Source: an uncultured Acidobacteriota bacterium (GTDB taxonomy: Bacteria; Acidobacteriota; Thermoanaerobaculia; Gp7-AA8). From it: a stretch of 64,000 nucleotides of DNA. Location: the NCBI GenBank assembly GCA_963821585.1, contig CAWGEI010000005.1, forward strand, positions 6,603-70,602, written 5' to 3'. Within the stretch, counting starts at the first letter, position 1, and each line of letters opens with the position of its first letter. This document shows, in pieces, positions 60,739-64,000 of this stretch. The notes under the pieces were generated by a model. That model was not told the DNA's origin. It ran no database searches and saw only the letters and a list, made by a program, of their open reading frames with translations. The translations under genes were made by a program, and so were the position numbers.

Positions 60739-61131
60739 TCAGTGCGCGGATTCTTTTTCGATGTACTCGTCGTACTCTTCGGCGGTCATCAGCTCGTCGA
60801 TCTCGGTCGGGTCGCTGACGCGGATGCGGACCATCCACCCGTCGCCATACGGGTCGGAGTTGATGAGGGCGGGGTTGTCGGCGAGTGCTTCGTTCACTTC
60901 GACGACTTCGCCCGACACGGGCGAGAAAAGCTCCGAGACGGCCTTCACCGACTCGATGCTGCCCAGTTCGTCGACCGCGTCGAGCTGCGAGCCGACCTGC
61001 GGCAGCTCGACGAATACGACGTCGCCGAGCTCTTTCTGCGCGTAGTCGGTGATGCCGATCGTCGCCACGTCGCCTTCGAGGTGAACGTACTCGTGGCTCT
61101 TCGCGTACCGGTTGTCTTCAGGGCTGGCCAT
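60739..61131 (-). CDS. gcvH: Glycine cleavage system H protein
   Basis: 130 aa. SHEYV...GITDYAQKELGDVVFVELP...ESVKAVSELFSP contains the lipoyl-Lys motif. Confidence 0.96.
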   Translation of the reverse strand: MASPEDNRYAKSHEYVHLEGDVATIGITDYAQKELGDVVFVELPQVGSQLDAVDELGSIESVKAVSELFSPVSGEVVEVNEALADNPALINSDPYGDGWMVRIRVSDPTEIDELMTAEEYDEYIEKESAH

Positions 61132-61149
61132 AGCTTGCCTCCAGGTGTG

Positions 61150-62247
61150 CTATTTCGCTCGCTTGTAGAAAGGAGTAGGGATGACGCGGGCCCGGGTTTC
61201 CTTACCGCGGATGAGCACCATGAACTCGCTGCCCTGGGCCGACTTGTCGAGCGGAAGATAAGCGAGTCCGATCGCTTTTTTCAATGTCGGCGAATGGGTA
61301 CCGGACGTAACGACGCCGATCTCCTCGCCGCCTTCGACGACCGGGTAGCCGTGACGGCCGATGCCGCGGTCGACCATCTCGAAGCCGACGAGCTTCCGCC
61401 GCGGCCCTTCGGACTTCTCCCGCGCGATGACGTCGCGCCCGACGAAGTCGCCCTTGTCGAGCTTCACGATCCACCCGAGGTCGGCTTCGATCGGGGTCGT
61501 GGTCTGGTCGATGTCGTTGCCGTAGAGCGCCATCTTCGCTTCGAGCCGGAGCGTGTCCCTCGCGCCGAGGCCGCACGGCTTGACGCCGGCGTCGACGAGC
61601 TTGCGGAGAATGCGCGGCGCGTGCTCGGGCGCGACGTAGATCTCGAAGCCGTCCTCGCCGGTGTAGCCCGTGCGCGAGACGATCGCCGGCACGCCGTCGA
61701 CGTTGCCGGTGGTGAAGCGGTAGTACTTGATGTCCGCGAGGCTCGCATCGGTCATCGGCTGCAGCACGCGCTCGGCCTCGGGGCCCTGGATCGCGAGCTG
61801 GGCGTAATCGGCGCTGACGTTCTGTACCTCGACGTCGAGCCCGCTCGCTGCCTGCCGGAGCCACTCGAAGTCCTTGTCGGTATTCGAGGCGTTGACCACG
61901 ACGAAGAAGTCGCTGGGCGTGTTCTGGTAGATGAGGATGTCGTCGACGAATCCGGCGTCCTGGTAGAGCAGGCCGTTGTAGTGGATGCGGCCCGTGTCGA
62001 GCTTCGCGACGTCGTTGCAGGTAGAGAGCTGCAGGAGCTCGAGCGCCTGCGGACCTTTGACGGTGAGCTCGCCCATGTGCGAGACGTCGAACACGCCGAC
62101 CTTCGTGCGCACCGCCTCGTGCTCTTCGAGGATGCCGCTGAACTGCACCGGCAGCTCCCAGCCGCCGAAGTCGACCATCTTCCCGCCGAGCTCTTTCTCG
62201 ACTTCGTTGAGAGGGGTTTTCTTCAGCGGCTCCGTGGATTCAGACAT
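61150..62247 (-). CDS. gcvT: Glycine cleavage system aminomethyltransferase T
   Basis: 365 aa: MVDFGGWELPVQF...HEAVRTKVGVFDVSHMGE. Confidence 0.96.
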   Translation of the reverse strand: MSESTEPLKKTPLNEVEKELGGKMVDFGGWELPVQFSGILEEHEAVRTKVGVFDVSHMGELTVKGPQALELLQLSTCNDVAKLDTGRIHYNGLLYQDAGFVDDILIYQNTPSDFFVVVNASNTDKDFEWLRQAASGLDVEVQNVSADYAQLAIQGPEAERVLQPMTDASLADIKYYRFTTGNVDGVPAIVSRTGYTGEDGFEIYVAPEHAPRILRKLVDAGVKPCGLGARDTLRLEAKMALYGNDIDQTTTPIEADLGWIVKLDKGDFVGRDVIAREKSEGPRRKLVGFEMVDRGIGRHGYPVVEGGEEIGVVTSGTHSPTLKKAIGLAYLPLDKSAQGSEFMVLIRGKETRARVIPTPFYKRAK

Positions 62248-62254
62248 CTCTGCG

Positions 62255-62270
62255 GCCTCCCGAGGGAGGC
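62255..62270 (-). promoter_or_regulatory. Hairpin that pairs the gcvT Shine-Dalgarno with an adjacent anti-SD
   Basis: The minus-strand mRNA reads GCCUCC-CUCG-GGAGGC cgcagag AUG. The GGAGG sits 8 nt before the start codon and forms the 3' arm of a perfect 6-bp stem. Confidence 0.5.
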
Positions 62271-62412
62271 GTAACGTAGCACAACTGGCGCTGCACGGGA
62301 CCCTTTCACGACTCGATGCCGGCGACTTGCCGCTATGAAGTGCGGCGGCAGCGCGTAGAGTACTTGCTCGCGTGGCTTGCGTTTCCTATGCGGTTGCAAC
62401 ATATTGTTATTC

Positions 62413-63192
62413 ATGCACCGCCTGGCTGCTGTTCTTCTCGCCGTCCTGGCCACGCTATCGCTCCACGCCGCGCTCGGTCCGGGCGCGGAGATGCCGGTCA
62501 CGCCGGCGTCGTACGGGGCCATCTCCGGCTCGCAGCAGACTCTCGCGGTGGCCACGGACGGAACGGACTTTCTGGCGCTGTGGCGTGATGACACTCCGGG
62601 CCGCGACGGCATCTACGCGACCGTCCTGAGCGAAAACGGCGGGACGCGGCCGCTCGCGCCGGTGCCGATCGTCCGCGGAGGACTGATCGACATCAGCGTC
62701 GTGTGGACAGGCCACAGCTATCTCGTCGTGCTGGCGCGCTACCTGGAGCCGGGATTCGTCCTGAGCCTGAATCGCGACGGCGAGATCGTCTCGCCGCTGC
62801 GTGCCCTGGATCTCGGCGGCGATCTGGGCATCACCGAGCTGGCGTGGAACGGCAGCCGGGTGCTGGCCCTGGCCCGCGACGAATCCGGGACCACCGCGGC
62901 GCTGCTGGACGCGGAAGGCAACGTCGTGCGCTCGGGAATCCAGCTGCCCGGCGGAATTCATGATTTCCGCGTGGAGGCGGCCGGCGACGCGTTCCTCGTC
63001 GCGTGGGTCGAGCAGCTCTCTCTGTCGCCCCACACGATGCGCGCCCGCGCGGCAAGAATCTCGGCCACGGGCAAGGTCAGCGCTCCGGTCAACCTGACGG
63101 AGCCGCTGCCGGGATTCGTCGGCATCGAGACCGCGTCCAACGGTACGGAAGTGGGCGTCGTGGCGAGGCGGGCAGCTCGTCCGACACGGTGA
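62413..63192 (+). CDS. Secreted repeat protein (propeller-like ...ASNG...V.W... units), first part
   Basis: ATG at 62413 gives the signal peptide MHRLAAVLLAVLATLSLHA. The ORF track starts at TTG 62377. The ORF ends ...ETASNGTEVGVVARRAARPTR*, in the middle of a repeat unit. Confidence 0.7.
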   Translation: MHRLAAVLLAVLATLSLHAALGPGAEMPVTPASYGAISGSQQTLAVATDGTDFLALWRDDTPGRDGIYATVLSENGGTRPLAPVPIVRGGLIDISVVWTGHSYLVVLARYLEPGFVLSLNRDGEIVSPLRALDLGGDLGITELAWNGSRVLALARDESGTTAALLDAEGNVVRSGIQLPGGIHDFRVEAAGDAFLVAWVEQLSLSPHTMRARAARISATGKVSAPVNLTEPLPGFVGIETASNGTEVGVVARRAARPTR

Positions 63193-64000
63193 TCTACCGC
63201 GCCACCATCGATGCGGAACTCGCGGTAAGCGCGGACGCGCCGCTCGCACTGGAGCCGTACGCGAGCAGCAACGTCGAGGTCAGCGCGACGTCACGCGGCT
63301 TCGTGGCAACGTATTTCGCGATCAATCACGCTCAACTGAAGACGGTCGCCTTCGGATTCACCAGGAAAATCGGCACGATCGATTTGCCGTGGTCGCCGGG
63401 CTACGGCATGACCATCGCCTCGAATGGCCACGCGATCATGGCGTTCTGGGGGATCTATCCAGCGCGCGCCGCGGCGTTCGATGCGTCGCTCACGCGTGTG
63501 ACGAGCGGGATCATCGCCGTCCCTCGTGCTCCGGTGGCGCAGGCGGCCCCGGTCATCGCCAGCGCCGGCGATACGGGCCTGGCCGCATGGCTCGAATCCG
63601 GGACGCTGAAGCTGCGGCGGCTGGACCAGCACGCAAACCCGCTCGACGCGCAGCCGGTCGTGGTCGCGAGCAACGTCGAATACCGCCCGGCCATGGTCTT
63701 CACCGGCCAGCTCTGGCTGATCGCCTTTGTGGATATCACCACGGGGATCCGGGTCCAGCGGATGTCGCCGGAGGGCGTGCTGCTCGGCGAGCCGCTCACC
63801 CTGGACATTCCGACGGGCGACGTCGCCATCGCGTGGAACGGCAAAGTCGCGGCGCTGGTCATGACGTCGAGCTTCCGCCGCATCGGCCTGAGCCTGGTCC
63901 GATTCTCCGCGACCGGCGAGCGCCTGGACGCGTCTCCGATCGTGTTGACGGGCGAGCGATCGGTCGACGATCCGGCCATCGCCTCGAATGGCGACGGGTT
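63189..64000 (+). CDS. Continuation or second gene of the same repeat protein; runs off the right edge
   Basis: Not in the ORF track because it is truncated. Hand translation from GTG 63189 (GTGA overlap) is open to 64000: VIYRATIDAELAVSADAP...MTIASNGHAIMAFWGIYP...GDVAIAWNGKVAALVM...PAIASNGDG. The unit pattern matches the upstream ORF. Confidence 0.7.
   Translation, partial: MIYRATIDAELAVSADAPLALEPYASSNVEVSATSRGFVATYFAINHAQLKTVAFGFTRKIGTIDLPWSPGYGMTIASNGHAIMAFWGIYPARAAAFDASLTRVTSGIIAVPRAPVAQAAPVIASAGDTGLAAWLESGTLKLRRLDQHANPLDAQPVVVASNVEYRPAMVFTGQLWLIAFVDITTGIRVQRMSPEGVLLGEPLTLDIPTGDVAIAWNGKVAALVMTSSFRRIGLSLVRFSATGERLDASPIVLTGERSVDDPAIASNGDG

Noticed and set aside
59401-62274. 957-aa ORF on the plus strand.
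   Set aside because: It is antisense to gcvPA, gcvH and gcvT, all of which have unambiguous protein signatures. The ORF has shadow-ORF composition.
62248-62412. Expected glycine riboswitch upstream of gcvT.
   Set aside because: I could not find the conserved aptamer cores (GGAGAG ... ACCGAAGGGGCAA-like) on the minus-strand leader by eye. A covariance-model search is still needed to be certain.

Overview
The window is a visibly GC-rich stretch (about two-thirds G+C by eye, not computed) of what looks like bacterial chromosome. It is probably Acidobacteriota. That call is an inference from a VWFA-related 'acidobacterial' domain protein, the codon bias and the repeat content. I call about 62 CDS, and most are housekeeping genes. 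They include galU, maf, ddl, a complete rrf2-sufBCDSUT operon, glyQS, ppdK, plsY-gpsA, a transsulfuration pair, selB, polA, moaDE, argF, nfo, icd, prmC and gcvT-H-PA-PB. I saw no rRNA, tRNA, CRISPR array, transposase or integrase. The unusual content falls into six groups. (1) The intergenic DNA is saturated with hairpin repeats: three multi-copy families that all contain GTAG, plus a set of hairpins with unrelated sequences whose arms are built from 7-9 nt sub-repeats. One family-1 copy sits in frame inside a coding region, and at least seven genes take their stop codon or C-terminus from a repeat. (2) At 6.98-9.53 kb there is a tightly coupled operon of zinc-ribbon and Pro-rich small membrane proteins: a pseudopilin without a prepilin signal, two CD225/dispanin proteins and a DUF2752 protein. 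It faces two further Pro-rich membrane proteins. (3) A 9 x 20-bp phased array of dyad sites lies downstream of icd. (4) An AI-2E permease is fused to a CarH/LitR-type B12-binding module. (5) A single-ORF antitoxin-toxin fusion is present. (6) A roughly 0.5-kb low-GC non-coding island lies next to polA. Several small ORFs and edge-truncated genes missing from the ORF track were found by hand translation.
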